A DNA stretch of 64,000 bases from Corallococcus sp. (GCA_023665205.1 JAMPEJ010000001.1:152116-216115), one strand, 5' to 3'. Shown: positions 20,643-30,454, counted from the first letter of the stretch. A program made the numbers and translations. The notes: generated from the letters alone by a model not told the origin.

Positions 20643-21935
20643 TTACGCTATTGTATTTTCTTTTTTAAGCAAGGCGATCAGGCTTTCCGTGATAACTTGA
20701 TTTTCAAAGTAATAACGCTCTTGCTCTTTCATTTCCGATTTGAACTCGTCGTACTCTTTTCCTATGCGTTCGGCATATTCCTTTATCTTACCGTCTACGG
20801 CTTTAGCGCTTGCCTTTATTTTCTCCGCTTTTACGATTTCTTCAAAAACAAGGCGAGTACGCACTGCTTTTTCTGCGCGTTCGCGATAGTTTCCGCGCAA
20901 ATCGTCCATAGTGCTGTTTGTATACTTAAAGTAATTGTCGATGTTCAATCCTTGATACATCAATTGGTACTTAAAGTCCTCTACATAATCGTCTATTTGT
21001 TCTTCCACCATAACGTCTGGCAAATCGAATTTCGTATTTTCCACAACGGTTTCAATAAGTTTGCTTTCGTCTTTATCGGCGGCAGACTTTTCGTTTTTCT
21101 CTTTCAAGGTCTTTTTAATATCGTCCTTCATTTCCTTCAAAGTGGAAAATTCGCTTGCATCTTTTGCAAATTCGTCGTCCAATGCCGGCAATTGCTTAAC
21201 CGTTATACCGTGAATCGTACAAGTAAATACCGCAGGTTTTCCCTTCAATTCTTCTGCATGGTAATCCTCAGGGAAAGTGACGTTTATATCTTTGGTTTCT
21301 CCGATATTCATACCAATAAGTTGTTCTTCAAAGCCCTCGATAAAGGAATGCGAACCGATGATAAGTTTTTGTTTCTCCGCCGTGCCGCCTTCAAACGCCA
21401 CGCCGTCTATTTTTCCGCAATAGTCCAGTGTTACTTCGTCGCCGTTTTCCACAGCACGATCGGTCACTTCTTCAAAGCGTGCGTTGCGTTCAGCCAATCT
21501 GTTCAATTCCGCGTCCACGTCAGCCGTTTTCACCGTTTCGGGCTTTGTTTTTGCAATTGTCAAGCCTTTGTAGGCTCCCAAAACAATTTCCGGACGAACC
21601 GTCACAACTACGGCAAACGTTGCCCCTTTTTCGTCTATGTTTATGGATTTATCATCCAATTGAGGGCGCGATACAGGCTGCACCTTACTATTTTTATCCA
21701 AAAAATCGCTATAATATTCTTGTGCGGCAATATAAAGTGCATCTTCAAAAAAAAGACCCTTTCCGTATCTGTTTTCCAAAACGGTTTTAGGAACGTGTCC
21801 TTTACGAAATCCCGGCACGTTGTATTTACCTTTGTTCTGTTCATAGGCTTTGCGGTCAAAGTCCAGCCACTCGGCGTCGTTCAGTTTGAAAGTTACCGTA
21901 AGTGTATTTCCAACTCTTTCCTGTGTGTATTTCAT
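20643..21935 (-). CDS. tig: trigger factor
   Basis: 430 aa with the ribosome-binding motif GFRKGHVP, a central FKBP-type PPIase, and a C-terminal chaperone domain. Confidence 0.95.
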   Translation of the reverse strand: MKYTQERVGNTLTVTFKLNDAEWLDFDRKAYEQNKGKYNVPGFRKGHVPKTVLENRYGKGLFFEDALYIAAQEYYSDFLDKNSKVQPVSRPQLDDKSINIDEKGATFAVVVTVRPEIVLGAYKGLTIAKTKPETVKTADVDAELNRLAERNARFEEVTDRAVENGDEVTLDYCGKIDGVAFEGGTAEKQKLIIGSHSFIEGFEEQLIGMNIGETKDINVTFPEDYHAEELKGKPAVFTCTIHGITVKQLPALDDEFAKDASEFSTLKEMKDDIKKTLKEKNEKSAADKDESKLIETVVENTKFDLPDVMVEEQIDDYVEDFKYQLMYQGLNIDNYFKYTNSTMDDLRGNYRERAEKAVRTRLVFEEIVKAEKIKASAKAVDGKIKEYAERIGKEYDEFKSEMKEQERYYFENQVITESLIALLKKENTIA

Positions 21936-22229
21936 TGTTGTCCTCCGACAAAAATTTTAGACTTTTATATTTTTCGGCAAACTTAAGCCGACAGTATGTT
22001 ATTATAGCATACCGACAAAAAATACGCAAACGTTTTCAACACTCAAAACCGGCTACAAGCAACATTGATATTACCATGCGTCGGACATTTTTGCCTTTTA
22101 CGAGTCACACCAACCGTTCAAAATCAAAGGTCGACATATTTTTCAGCAAATGCGTTGCGTATTTTTGCTTGTCCGTTGTATAATAAACAAAAATAGCGGC
22201 GCGTTTTAGCGCGACGCAAAAGAGGCATT

Positions 22230-23939
22230 ATGGCATACGACGCACTCAGTCTGTCGTTACTCTGCAACGAGTTTCAAGCTCTGCTTGTAGACGGCAAAAT
22301 CACAAAAATCTACCAGCCGGAAAAAGACGAGATAGTCCTGCACGTGTTCAATAAGCAAACGTACAAACTCGTAGTTTCCGCAAACGCCGCCGTCAATCGA
22401 ATACATTTGACAGAAATGCCTACGGACAATCCAAAGATTGCCCCGTCTTTTTGTATGCTCTTGCGCAAGTACATTACCAACGCCACTATATCTTCCATCA
22501 CTCAAATGCCGTTTGAGCGCGTTCTGGATATCGCTCTAGCCGGCTGTGACGAATTGGGTTATAAAACCGAACTGCACCTCATTTTTGAACTCACCGGCAA
22601 AACGTCCAATATTATTTTAACCGACGGCAGTTATATCGTTTTAGACAGTATCAAACACTTACCTCAGGATTTAGATAGCAAAAGATTGATAATTACGGGA
22701 GCTAAATACGTATTTTTTCTGCCGCAAAACAAAATAGATCCTTTTGATTTTCCACGTATACGGGAATTTTTGTCACACTGCAACACGCCTCTAGCCAAAG
22801 CCCTTTCGGAAAATTTACTCGGAGTGTCCGTCACAACCGTCAACGAAATTTTGTACGGACTGGACCAAAACGACCGCACGACAATCAAGGTTGACACAGT
22901 TGTCCAACGGATTGCACAGTATCGCTCCAATTTACAACATCCAGCGCCATGCGTCGTTATGCAGCGCGGTTCGCCGACAGACGTTTGTCCGTTTCCATAT
23001 CAATCGATAAAGGGCGAACTTGTACACTTTGACACTCTCAATGCCGCACACGATAACTACTACTATCTGTTAGACAAAGCGCAACGTTTCAGCAACAAAG
23101 CGAAGTCCGTTTCCACCATTGTAAAAAACGCAGTTTCCCGAACGGAAAAGAAACTTGCGGCACAGCGTCAAAGCTTGTTGGAAGCCGAAGACCGCGAAAC
23201 TTTCAAACAATACGGCGACTTGATACTTTCCAATTTTTGGAAAATCAAGCCCAACAGCGAGATGCTCGTTTGCGAAAACTTTTTCGACGAAGGCAAAACG
23301 GTCACGATACCGATAGACAAAAGACTTTCCCCGCAGCAAAATGCCCAAACGTACTACAAAAAATACCGCAAGGCAAAATCCGCTGCAGAACACAATTCCA
23401 AACTTGTGGAAGAAAATTCCCGCTTGCTTGCATATCTGCAAACCGTGCGCGAAAACTTGCGCTATTGTACCGAACCCGACGACTTGGAACAAATACGTAG
23501 CGAACTGATATCCGTAGGACTCGTCAAAGAAAACCGCACAAACAAAAAACAAGCGGCAGAACCGGCCGTAAATCCGCTATGCTATAATGTACACGGTTAC
23601 TCTGTATACGTCGGAAAAAATAACGTGCAAAACAATTTCGTCACGTTCAAAATCGCAAAGCCGTCAGACTTGTGGTTACACACGCAGAAAATACACTCCT
23701 CGCACGTGGTAATTTCAAATCCACAAGGCACTGAAGTGCCGGACAACGTTATCCTTGCCGCTGCGGAAATCTGTGCATACTTTTCGCAAGGCAACGGCGG
23801 AGATAAAATTCCAGTAGACTATACCCCTCGTCAAAACGTAAAAAAACCAAATCATTCCCCTTTGGGCTTTGTAATTTACACAACCTACCAAACAGTTTTG
23901 GTCACTCCCAACCGCCACAGCGAATGGCTTAGTAAATAA
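22230..23939 (+). CDS. rqcH: ribosome quality-control protein RqcH (NFACT / FbpA family)
   Basis: 569 aa with an NFACT-N domain (FQALLVDGKITKIYQPEKDEIVLH), a coiled-coil middle, and a C-terminal NFACT-R (DLWLHTQKIHSSHVVI). Confidence 0.85.
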   Translation: MAYDALSLSLLCNEFQALLVDGKITKIYQPEKDEIVLHVFNKQTYKLVVSANAAVNRIHLTEMPTDNPKIAPSFCMLLRKYITNATISSITQMPFERVLDIALAGCDELGYKTELHLIFELTGKTSNIILTDGSYIVLDSIKHLPQDLDSKRLIITGAKYVFFLPQNKIDPFDFPRIREFLSHCNTPLAKALSENLLGVSVTTVNEILYGLDQNDRTTIKVDTVVQRIAQYRSNLQHPAPCVVMQRGSPTDVCPFPYQSIKGELVHFDTLNAAHDNYYYLLDKAQRFSNKAKSVSTIVKNAVSRTEKKLAAQRQSLLEAEDRETFKQYGDLILSNFWKIKPNSEMLVCENFFDEGKTVTIPIDKRLSPQQNAQTYYKKYRKAKSAAEHNSKLVEENSRLLAYLQTVRENLRYCTEPDDLEQIRSELISVGLVKENRTNKKQAAEPAVNPLCYNVHGYSVYVGKNNVQNNFVTFKIAKPSDLWLHTQKIHSSHVVISNPQGTEVPDNVILAAAEICAYFSQGNGGDKIPVDYTPRQNVKKPNHSPLGFVIYTTYQTVLVTPNRHSEWLSK

Positions 23940-24015
23940 TATTTACGACAATAGGATAAAGTTCCAAATCGGTTCGACAAACCTCTTGTAACAATAAAAT
24001 TCCAGAGAATAATTT

Positions 24016-25038
24016 ATGACACTTAGAATTCTTATCTGCATATTTTGCATCTTTATTTTAGTAGGATTAGGCCTGGCTGCATACGGTTTTACAAAGCTTG
24101 CCCAATTCAATTTTGCGGAGCAATTCCAAGCAACGGTCGTTTCTGCACAATATAACGCCGGTGAAATGGACGTTACTTTTATCTTTACGCGCAATTCTGA
24201 AAGTATTCAAACCAACGCGCATTTTTACGACATAAGATACGAAAACGGACGACTGCCCTACTACGAAGGTCAAAATACGATAATACGCGTCGACGGTTCA
24301 AATAAGATTTTACAATTCGGCAAAAGAGAAATTATCGTAACCGTTGCAGGATTTGTATTTGCCGCCGTCGGCATAGGTTTTATCTTTTTTATGTTACGCA
24401 AAAAACAAAATTTTGATATTGCTTGCGATTACAAACGCGCGATAGTAGCGTCCGGCAATGAAATAGACGAGACTGTAAATTACGAAGCCGACGCAGAGAT
24501 TTTGACGCACCTTCCACAAACGTCCGCGAACCGAAAAGTAAAAGAAATCGAAATATGGAAAAAACGTATTAAAGACAGATTCAAAGTGTTTACTTTGCGA
24601 GAAAATTTGTTGTACGGATCGTTGTTGATTTTACCGATGATAATAATTAGCATACTGCCCGTTTTTAACAATAAAACCGTTACTTTCGGTTACATAATAT
24701 GTAGCGTCTTAATTTGGCTCTTTGTTTATTGCTTTGCGGGAACTATGTTAAAAATTATTCGTTCCGCATATTACAAACTATTGGTAAAACGTGGAAAATT
24801 TAACGAGAAACGTTATGCAACCGTTGTTTGCAGCGCATTCGAATCTTCGTCTCAGATCGAATCGGGAGATTTTTCTCCAACATATACGCTTGCCAAAAAA
24901 TTTCGCGTAATTGCGCTTATCGACGGCAAACGTTCTGTGGGGTACGTCAAAGGTGTCGTTCCGCCAATGCAAGGAACCGTACTAAAAGTTCTTATCCGTA
25001 AAAACCGCACCAACAGGTGGATAATAGACGATAAGTAG
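24016..25038 (+). CDS. hypothetical membrane protein (4 TM, two beta-rich soluble segments)
   Basis: 340-aa ORF with TM helices near residues 4-26, 106-128, about 197-216 and 222-243. The architecture is reminiscent of DUF3592-type proteins, but this is unverified. Confidence 0.5.
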   Translation: MTLRILICIFCIFILVGLGLAAYGFTKLAQFNFAEQFQATVVSAQYNAGEMDVTFIFTRNSESIQTNAHFYDIRYENGRLPYYEGQNTIIRVDGSNKILQFGKREIIVTVAGFVFAAVGIGFIFFMLRKKQNFDIACDYKRAIVASGNEIDETVNYEADAEILTHLPQTSANRKVKEIEIWKKRIKDRFKVFTLRENLLYGSLLILPMIIISILPVFNNKTVTFGYIICSVLIWLFVYCFAGTMLKIIRSAYYKLLVKRGKFNEKRYATVVCSAFESSSQIESGDFSPTYTLAKKFRVIALIDGKRSVGYVKGVVPPMQGTVLKVLIRKNRTNRWIIDDK

Positions 25039-25162
25039 AATTGCACATACTTTGAATTAAACTAATTGAAACTTTCGTTAAAGACATTACGCAGCATAAA
25101 CGCGGTATTTTCAGAAAAAACATCGTTACCGTATTGTTACGATGCAAAATATTATTACAAAA

Positions 25163-25189
25163 AGAGCACTCAGTTAAAGAGAGTGCTCT
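25163..25189. terminator. bidirectional hairpin between convergent genes
   Basis: A perfect 9-bp stem (AGAGCACUC / GAGUGCUCU) has U-rich sequence on both sides. Confidence 0.55.
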
Positions 25190-25321
25190 ATTATAATTTT
25201 TATTTAATGTTAATTATTCTTACGGCAATGCCACATTGTAATCCACGCAATGTTGAGCTAAATCCTATTCCTCTTCATCAAGTAGCGAGACATTGTGCCT
25301 TCCACGATGTTGAGCGAATTC

Positions 25322-26062
25322 TTAATCGTCATCCTCTTCAGGTAGCGAAACATTGTGATAAACTTCTTGCACGTCGTCATTGTCCTCTAACGTATCCAAC
25401 ATACGTTGAAATTTTACAAGATTATCGCCGGTGAGAGTAACCATGTTTTGCGGCAACCAACTCATCTCTGCAGAAACAAGGTTCAATCCCTTTGCCACCA
25501 CGGCGTCGCGCACTGCGCCCAAAACGCTCGTTTCGCAGGTCATTTCCACCATACCGTCCTCTACCGATACGTCGTCTGCGCCGGCTTCTATCGCCAACTC
25601 AAACGCCGAGTCATCGTCCAAACCTACGGTATTTTCCGCAACGACTATTCCGCGTCTGTCAAACATGTAGCTTACGCAATTGGTTTGACCGAGACTTCCG
25701 CCGTTTTTATCAAACGCGCATCTAACGTCGCCGGCAGTACGGTTTTTGTTGTCGGTCAAGCACTCGACGATTACGGCGCTGCCACCTATTCCGTAGCCCT
25801 CGTAGACAATTTCGATGTAATCAACGGCAGAAAGTTCTCCGCTTGCCTTTTTAATACTGCGTGTAATATTGTCGTTAGGCATATTGTTGGCTTTTGCCTT
25901 TTGCACTACGTCATACAATTTGCTGTTGCTGTTAATGTCGGGGCCGCCTGCCTTGACCGCAACGGCAATTTCACGCCCGATTTTGGTAAATATTTTGGAA
26001 CGAGCTGCATCGCCCTTTGCTTTTTTATTTTTAATATTATTCCACTTGCTATGACCGGACAT
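25322..26062 (-). CDS. yebC: YebC/PmpR family DNA-binding transcriptional regulator
   Basis: Start trimmed to ATG 26062 (MSGHSKWNNIKNKKAKGDAARSKIFTK), with GGAGG upstream. This N-terminus is the YebC family signature. Confidence 0.9.
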   Translation of the reverse strand: MSGHSKWNNIKNKKAKGDAARSKIFTKIGREIAVAVKAGGPDINSNSKLYDVVQKAKANNMPNDNITRSIKKASGELSAVDYIEIVYEGYGIGGSAVIVECLTDNKNRTAGDVRCAFDKNGGSLGQTNCVSYMFDRRGIVVAENTVGLDDDSAFELAIEAGADDVSVEDGMVEMTCETSVLGAVRDAVVAKGLNLVSAEMSWLPQNMVTLTGDNLVKFQRMLDTLEDNDDVQEVYHNVSLPEEDDD

Positions 26063-26078
26063 TCTATTTACCTCCGTA

Positions 26079-26828
26079 TTATTTTTCCTTATTGTAATTT
26101 TGTAAAATCCCGTACATGATGACGCTGCCTGCCACCGCCGCATTTAACGATTCAACATCGTTTTGCATTGGCAGCGCTACAACAGCATCAGTACGTCTTT
26201 TGCTAAATTCAGATAATCCGTTTCCTTCGTTACCCACAACTAAAGCCACTTTCTTTTCAAAAGTCTTTTCAAAAACATTTTGTCCGCTCATATCGGCGGC
26301 AACTATTTCAAAACCGTCCAAAACTTCAAAAACTTTTTCAATGGTTTTCGTTTCGTGCAGCCTAACGCAAAAGTGTGCCGACATTGCCGAACGCAGCACC
26401 TTGGGAGAATACAAATCTACCGCGTTGACAGCATATACGTCGCCAAAGCCGCACGCTGCGGCAGTGCGCAATAACGTGCCGACGTTGCCCGGGTCTTGCA
26501 AAGCCTCCAAAACCAAACAACGGTTACCGCGTGGAGCAAAGTTTTCGTCACCACTCTTTTTTACTACAGCCAAAATTCCTTGCGAACACACCGTATCGCT
26601 GATTCTTGCAAAAATTTTGTCTGCTACTACAGTTTTATTTGCAAAGTCAAACTTTTCCTGTACGCTTTCCTTTACAAAAATTTCCGTAATGTCCATGCCG
26701 TAACGTATTGCGTCGCGCACCAAACGTTCGCCTTCTATCACGTACAGCCCCGTACGTTTACGATACTTTTTATCGGTCAGTTTTTTCACTTCCGCAATTT
26801 TGGGATTTTCCGCCGAAGTGATAATCAT
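26079..26828 (-). CDS. TrmH/SpoU family RNA 2'-O-methyltransferase (RlmB-like)
   Basis: 249 aa with an N-terminal substrate-binding domain and C-terminal SPOUT motifs (LVLEALQDPGNVGTLLRTA, LVVGNEGNGL, SLNAAVAGSVIMY). Confidence 0.8.
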   Translation of the reverse strand: MIITSAENPKIAEVKKLTDKKYRKRTGLYVIEGERLVRDAIRYGMDITEIFVKESVQEKFDFANKTVVADKIFARISDTVCSQGILAVVKKSGDENFAPRGNRCLVLEALQDPGNVGTLLRTAAACGFGDVYAVNAVDLYSPKVLRSAMSAHFCVRLHETKTIEKVFEVLDGFEIVAADMSGQNVFEKTFEKKVALVVGNEGNGLSEFSKRRTDAVVALPMQNDVESLNAAVAGSVIMYGILQNYNKEK

Positions 26829-26923
26829 ATTTCCACCTCAATTGCGCGAAGCCGTAATATCGGCAGTTTTGTACCGCGCCAACATTGAAAAGGAGCCTTT
26901 TGCAAAAAAGACTCCGTATTTCG

Positions 26924-27277
26924 TTATTTCAAGTTTGCTTTGGCCTTTTCCGCAAGTTTTGTAAACGTTGCGGCATCGCTGACGGCAATTTCTGCAAGCG
27001 ATTTTCTGTTCAAGTCTACGTTTGCCAACTTCAAGCCGTGCATAAACTTGCTGTAAGATAAACCGTTTGCACGCGCGCCTGCATTGATACGAGCAATCCA
27101 CAAACTGCGCATATCGCGTTTTCTCAACTTTCTGCCGACGTACGCGTAGTTACCGCTCTTCATAACAGCTTGACGTGCAATACGGTAATTGGTGGATTTC
27201 AGTCCAAAATAACCTTTAGCTTGTTTAAGTATTTTTCTACGTTTTTTAACGGCGGTTACGCCTCTTTTAATTCTCAT
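26924..27277 (-). CDS. rplT: 50S ribosomal protein L20
   Basis: [25 protein letters not shown]..., 117 aa. Confidence 0.95.
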   Translation of the reverse strand: MRIKRGVTAVKKRRKILKQAKGYFGLKSTNYRIARQAVMKSGNYAYVGRKLRKRDMRSLWIARINAGARANGLSYSKFMHGLKLANVDLNRKSLAEIAVSDAATFTKLAEKAKANLK

Positions 27278-27292
27278 TATTCTCCCCTCCTA

Positions 27293-27487
27293 TCAGTACG
27301 GCAACATACTTTTTACGGTATTTGCTTGCGTTTCGTTAACATACGCAGTAGAACGAAGGTTGCGTGTTCTCTTGGTTGTCTTCTTGCCGAGTTTGTGGTT
27401 TTTGCCGCTTTGAGCGCGTTTAACTTTGCCGCTTTTAAGCACTACAAATCTTTTTTTGGATGCGCTGTGCGATTTTTGTTTAGGCAT
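27293..27487 (-). CDS. rpmI: 50S ribosomal protein L35
   Basis: MPKQKSHSASKKRFVVLKSGKVKR..., 64 aa. Confidence 0.95.
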   Translation of the reverse strand: MPKQKSHSASKKRFVVLKSGKVKRAQSGKNHKLGKKTTKRTRNLRSTAYVNETQANTVKSMLPY

Positions 27488-27515
27488 ATTCTTTATCCTC
27501 CAAGTAATATTTTTT

Positions 27516-28025
27516 CTAGTTTAACGGCGTCAAAAACATAGATATGTTTCTGCCCTCTGCTATCGGTTGTTTGTCGATTTTGGACACGTCCGACAATATC
27601 TCTGCAAACTTTTTCATCACTTCCACACCTTGATTAGCGTAGGCTTGCTGTCTGCCGCGCATACGGATTGTGGCTTTAACTTTATTGCCGTCTTTCAAAA
27701 ACTTTCTTGCAATGTTCGCTTTGGTGTTAAGGTCGCCTATGTCGATAGTCATAGAAAGCCAAACTTCTTTCACCTCTATCGTTTTTTGATTGCGCCTCAT
27801 TTCCTTTTCCTTTTTGTTTTGCTCGTACTTGTATTTGCTGTAATCCATTATACGGCAAACAGGAGGAACGGAATTGGGCGATATTTTTACCAAATCCAAA
27901 CCTTCGTCATCGGCAAGGCGTTGAGCGTCGTACGACGACATAATTCCAAGTTGCTGCCCGTCTCCTCCAATAAGGCGAATTTCCCTATCCCTTATCTGGG
28001 CATTAGTTTGAAGTTCTTTGATAAT
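27516..28025 (-). CDS. infC: translation initiation factor IF-3, probable ATT start
   Basis: IF-3 N- and C-domains (INAQIRDREIRLIGGDGQQLG; EVKEVWLSMTIDIGDLNTKA). The in-frame ATT at 28025..28023 lies 5 nt after AGGAGG. The ORF-track GTG at 28070 lies inside the leader terminator stem. Confidence 0.9.
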   Translation of the reverse strand: MIKELQTNAQIRDREIRLIGGDGQQLGIMSSYDAQRLADDEGLDLVKISPNSVPPVCRIMDYSKYKYEQNKKEKEMRRNQKTIEVKEVWLSMTIDIGDLNTKANIARKFLKDGNKVKATIRMRGRQQAYANQGVEVMKKFAEILSDVSKIDKQPIAEGRNISMFLTPLN

Positions 28026-28168
28026 TGCGTCCTCCTGCACAAAAAAAGTGTGGTAAAGAAAAAATACCACACCAAATAGACTTCACGCCGAAATACGGCG
28101 AATTTAACTATTAGTTTACCGACAAACCGATATTTGTACGGTGAGAAACGGATATTTCTTCTTTATTG
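28026..28168 (-). promoter_or_regulatory. infC-rpmI-rplT leader (L20-leader-like) with an intrinsic terminator at 28041..28073
   Basis: About 140-nt 5' UTR downstream of a consensus promoter. It ends in the hairpin GGUGUGGUA-N10-UACCACAC plus UUUUUUU, directly before the infC SD. This layout matches the L20-controlled attenuator of the Bacillus infC operon. Confidence 0.6.
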
Positions 28169-28175
28169 CAAGGAC

Positions 28176-28204
28176 ATTATACCAAAGCAACCTAACCTTG
28201 TCAA
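28176..28204 (-). promoter_or_regulatory. consensus sigma-A promoter of the infC operon
   Basis: Minus strand reads TTGACA (28204..28199), a 17-nt spacer, then TATAAT (28181..28176). Confidence 0.8.
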
Positions 28205-28293
28205 TCGTTTTTCAAGATATTGCAAACTAATTATTAAAAAATATTGACAAATTTTATATCATTTAGGTGAACTATATTGAAATAATATTTCTA

Positions 28294-28325
28294 AAAGGAC
28301 AAGCCTAATCGCGGCTTGTCCTTTT
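28294..28325 (-). terminator. intrinsic terminator after thrS
   Basis: The minus-strand hairpin AAAGGACAAGCC-GCGAUUA-GGCUUGUCCUUU is followed by a U-run, 12 nt after the thrS stop. Confidence 0.85.
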
Positions 28326-28336
28326 ATCTGTAAGAT

Positions 28337-30250
28337 CTACATGTCCGAAGACTTTTCTTCGATTTCTTTTTGCAATTTGGCCGCCAATTCATCAAAACTC
28401 ATAACACCTAAGTCGCCTTTTTTTCTATTGCGGACAGCCACAGCACCACTTTCGCGTTCCTTTTCTCCAAGTACCAACATATACGGTACTTTTTGCAATT
28501 GCGCCTCACGTATACGGTATCCCATCTTTTCGTTTCTATCGTCTACTTCGGCGCGGATTCCCAATTTTACCAATTTATCACAAACGGCATGCGCATATTC
28601 CGATTGATTTTCCGTTATAGGCACTATCGTAACCTGCACCGGAGCAAGCCACAAGGGGAATGCTCCAGCGTAGTGCTCCGTCAATATAGCAATAAATCTT
28701 TCTATACTGCCAAATACCACGCGGTGAATCATTACGGGGCGGTGTTTTTCTCCGTCGGCGCCCACATAAGACAAATCGAATCTTTCCGGCATTTGGAAGT
28801 CTAATTGAATAGTACCGCATTGCCAAGTACGCCCAATACTATCCTCCAAATGGAAATCGATCTTCGGTCCGTAAAACGCACCGTCGCCTTCGTTTATTTC
28901 GTAGTTCTTACCCAAATTATCCAACGCTTTTTTGAGCGCGCAGGTTGCCGTTTCCCACTGCTCGTCCGTGCCCATACTGTCTTCCGGTCGAGTAGAAAGT
29001 TCCAAGTGATACTTAAAGCCGAATACGCTGTAAAAACGGTCAATCAAACGTACAACGCCTTCTATTTCCTCCTCTATCTGATCGGGAGTCATAAATATGT
29101 GCGCATCGTCCTGAGTAAAGCAACGCACGCGCATAAGTCCGTGCAGTGCTCCGGAAAGTTCATGACGGTGCACCAAACCAAGTTCAGCCACGCGTTCCGG
29201 CAAATCGCGGTAACTGTGCGGTTTGCGTTTGTAGACAAGCATTCCGCCGGGACAATTCATAGGCTTGATTGCGTAATCGTCGTCGTCTATTTTTACCACG
29301 TACATATTGTCTTTATAGTGGTCCCAGTGGCCGCTCCTGTGCCACAAATCTTGATTTAATATTATCGGCGTTTTAACCTCAGTGTAGCCGGCTTTGGCAT
29401 GTTCTTTACGCCAAAAGTCTTCCAAAGTATTGCGCAATACCATTCCTTTGGGGAAGAAAAACGGGAATCCGGGCCCTTCGTCAAAGATATCGAACAAATC
29501 CAATTCTTTGCCCAATTTGCGGTGATCACGACGCTTTGCTTCTTCTAAACGAATAATGTATTCGTCCAATTCCTGCTTTTTTTCAAAAGCCGTGCCATAG
29601 ATACGCGTCAGCATCTTGTTTTTAGTATCTCCGCGCCAATAAGCACCAGCAATACTAGTCAGCTTAAACACCTTCAATCTTCCCGTAGACGGAACGTGAG
29701 GGCCTCTGCATAGATCCACGTATTCGCCTTGCCTATATAACGATACCGTTTCCGCGTCCAATTCGCTCAATATTTCCACTTTGTAATTGTCGCCGTGTTT
29801 TTTGAAAAATTCTATGGCATCGGTTCTTGCAATTTCCTCGCGTACAATGGGCAAATCCTCTTTTACGATTTTTGCCATTTCCGCTTCTATCTTTTCCAAA
29901 TCCTCCGGAGCAATTACTGCACCTTCAAAATCTATATCATAGTAAAATCCGTTTTTTATTGCGGGCCCTATTGCAAACTTGGCCTTTTTCCAAATACGGG
30001 ATATCGCCTGTGCCATAAGGTGCGCAGTGCTGTGACGCAACACCTCCAACCCGAGTTCGTCTTTAAGTGTATACACCTTAAATTCGGCATCCTTGTCGAT
30101 AATATACGAAAGGTCTCGCAAAACGCCGTCTGCTTCTGCGCACACTGCGTTGCGAGCAAGTCCTTGAGAAATACTTTCCGCAACTTCCAAACAACTGACA
30201 GATTTTTCAAATTTTTTAATGCTGCCGTCAGGCAATTTAACGTTAATCAT
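28337..30250 (-). CDS. thrS: threonine--tRNA ligase
   Basis: 637 aa with the TGS domain, the editing domain (HSTAHLMAQA), the class II catalytic core and the anticodon-binding domain. Confidence 0.95.
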   Translation of the reverse strand: MINVKLPDGSIKKFEKSVSCLEVAESISQGLARNAVCAEADGVLRDLSYIIDKDAEFKVYTLKDELGLEVLRHSTAHLMAQAISRIWKKAKFAIGPAIKNGFYYDIDFEGAVIAPEDLEKIEAEMAKIVKEDLPIVREEIARTDAIEFFKKHGDNYKVEILSELDAETVSLYRQGEYVDLCRGPHVPSTGRLKVFKLTSIAGAYWRGDTKNKMLTRIYGTAFEKKQELDEYIIRLEEAKRRDHRKLGKELDLFDIFDEGPGFPFFFPKGMVLRNTLEDFWRKEHAKAGYTEVKTPIILNQDLWHRSGHWDHYKDNMYVVKIDDDDYAIKPMNCPGGMLVYKRKPHSYRDLPERVAELGLVHRHELSGALHGLMRVRCFTQDDAHIFMTPDQIEEEIEGVVRLIDRFYSVFGFKYHLELSTRPEDSMGTDEQWETATCALKKALDNLGKNYEINEGDGAFYGPKIDFHLEDSIGRTWQCGTIQLDFQMPERFDLSYVGADGEKHRPVMIHRVVFGSIERFIAILTEHYAGAFPLWLAPVQVTIVPITENQSEYAHAVCDKLVKLGIRAEVDDRNEKMGYRIREAQLQKVPYMLVLGEKERESGAVAVRNRKKGDLGVMSFDELAAKLQKEIEEKSSDM

Positions 30251-30454
30251 GTTTTTCTCCTTATAAAGATTTATAATTCATTCGTTATGCGTTTTTATTT
30301 TTTAATTTTGTAATATCTCTTCTACTACATTACTAGCAACGTACCAACTAAGTGTACTTACAAATTTATCGGAGCAGTTCTATTGCCCAAAAATTTTCTA
30401 TCGCCACATTGCCAACGGAATATCGATTTGTAAAAACAATAATGTTTTAACAAC

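Noticed and set aside
20640-21986. 448-aa plus-strand ORF covering the entire tig gene, longer than tig itself
   Set aside because: It is codon-aligned antisense to tig (start offset 3 nt from the tig stop). In that frame, stops arise only opposite sense TTA, CTA or TCA codons. Genes in this genome largely avoid those codons (Leu is mostly TTG/CTT). The translated product is F/L/V/C-rich junk with no SD. The sense strand encodes an unmistakable trigger factor.
25066-25434. 122-aa plus-strand ORF
   Set aside because: It runs through a bidirectional terminator hairpin and into the antisense of the yebC 3' end. It has no SD, and the region is better explained by the yebC 3' echo repeats.
28026-28070. 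N-terminal extension of infC from GTG 28070
   Set aside because: The extension (MVFFLYHTFFVQEDA) is encoded by the leader terminator stem and U-tract and has no SD. The ATT at 28025 has a canonical SD.
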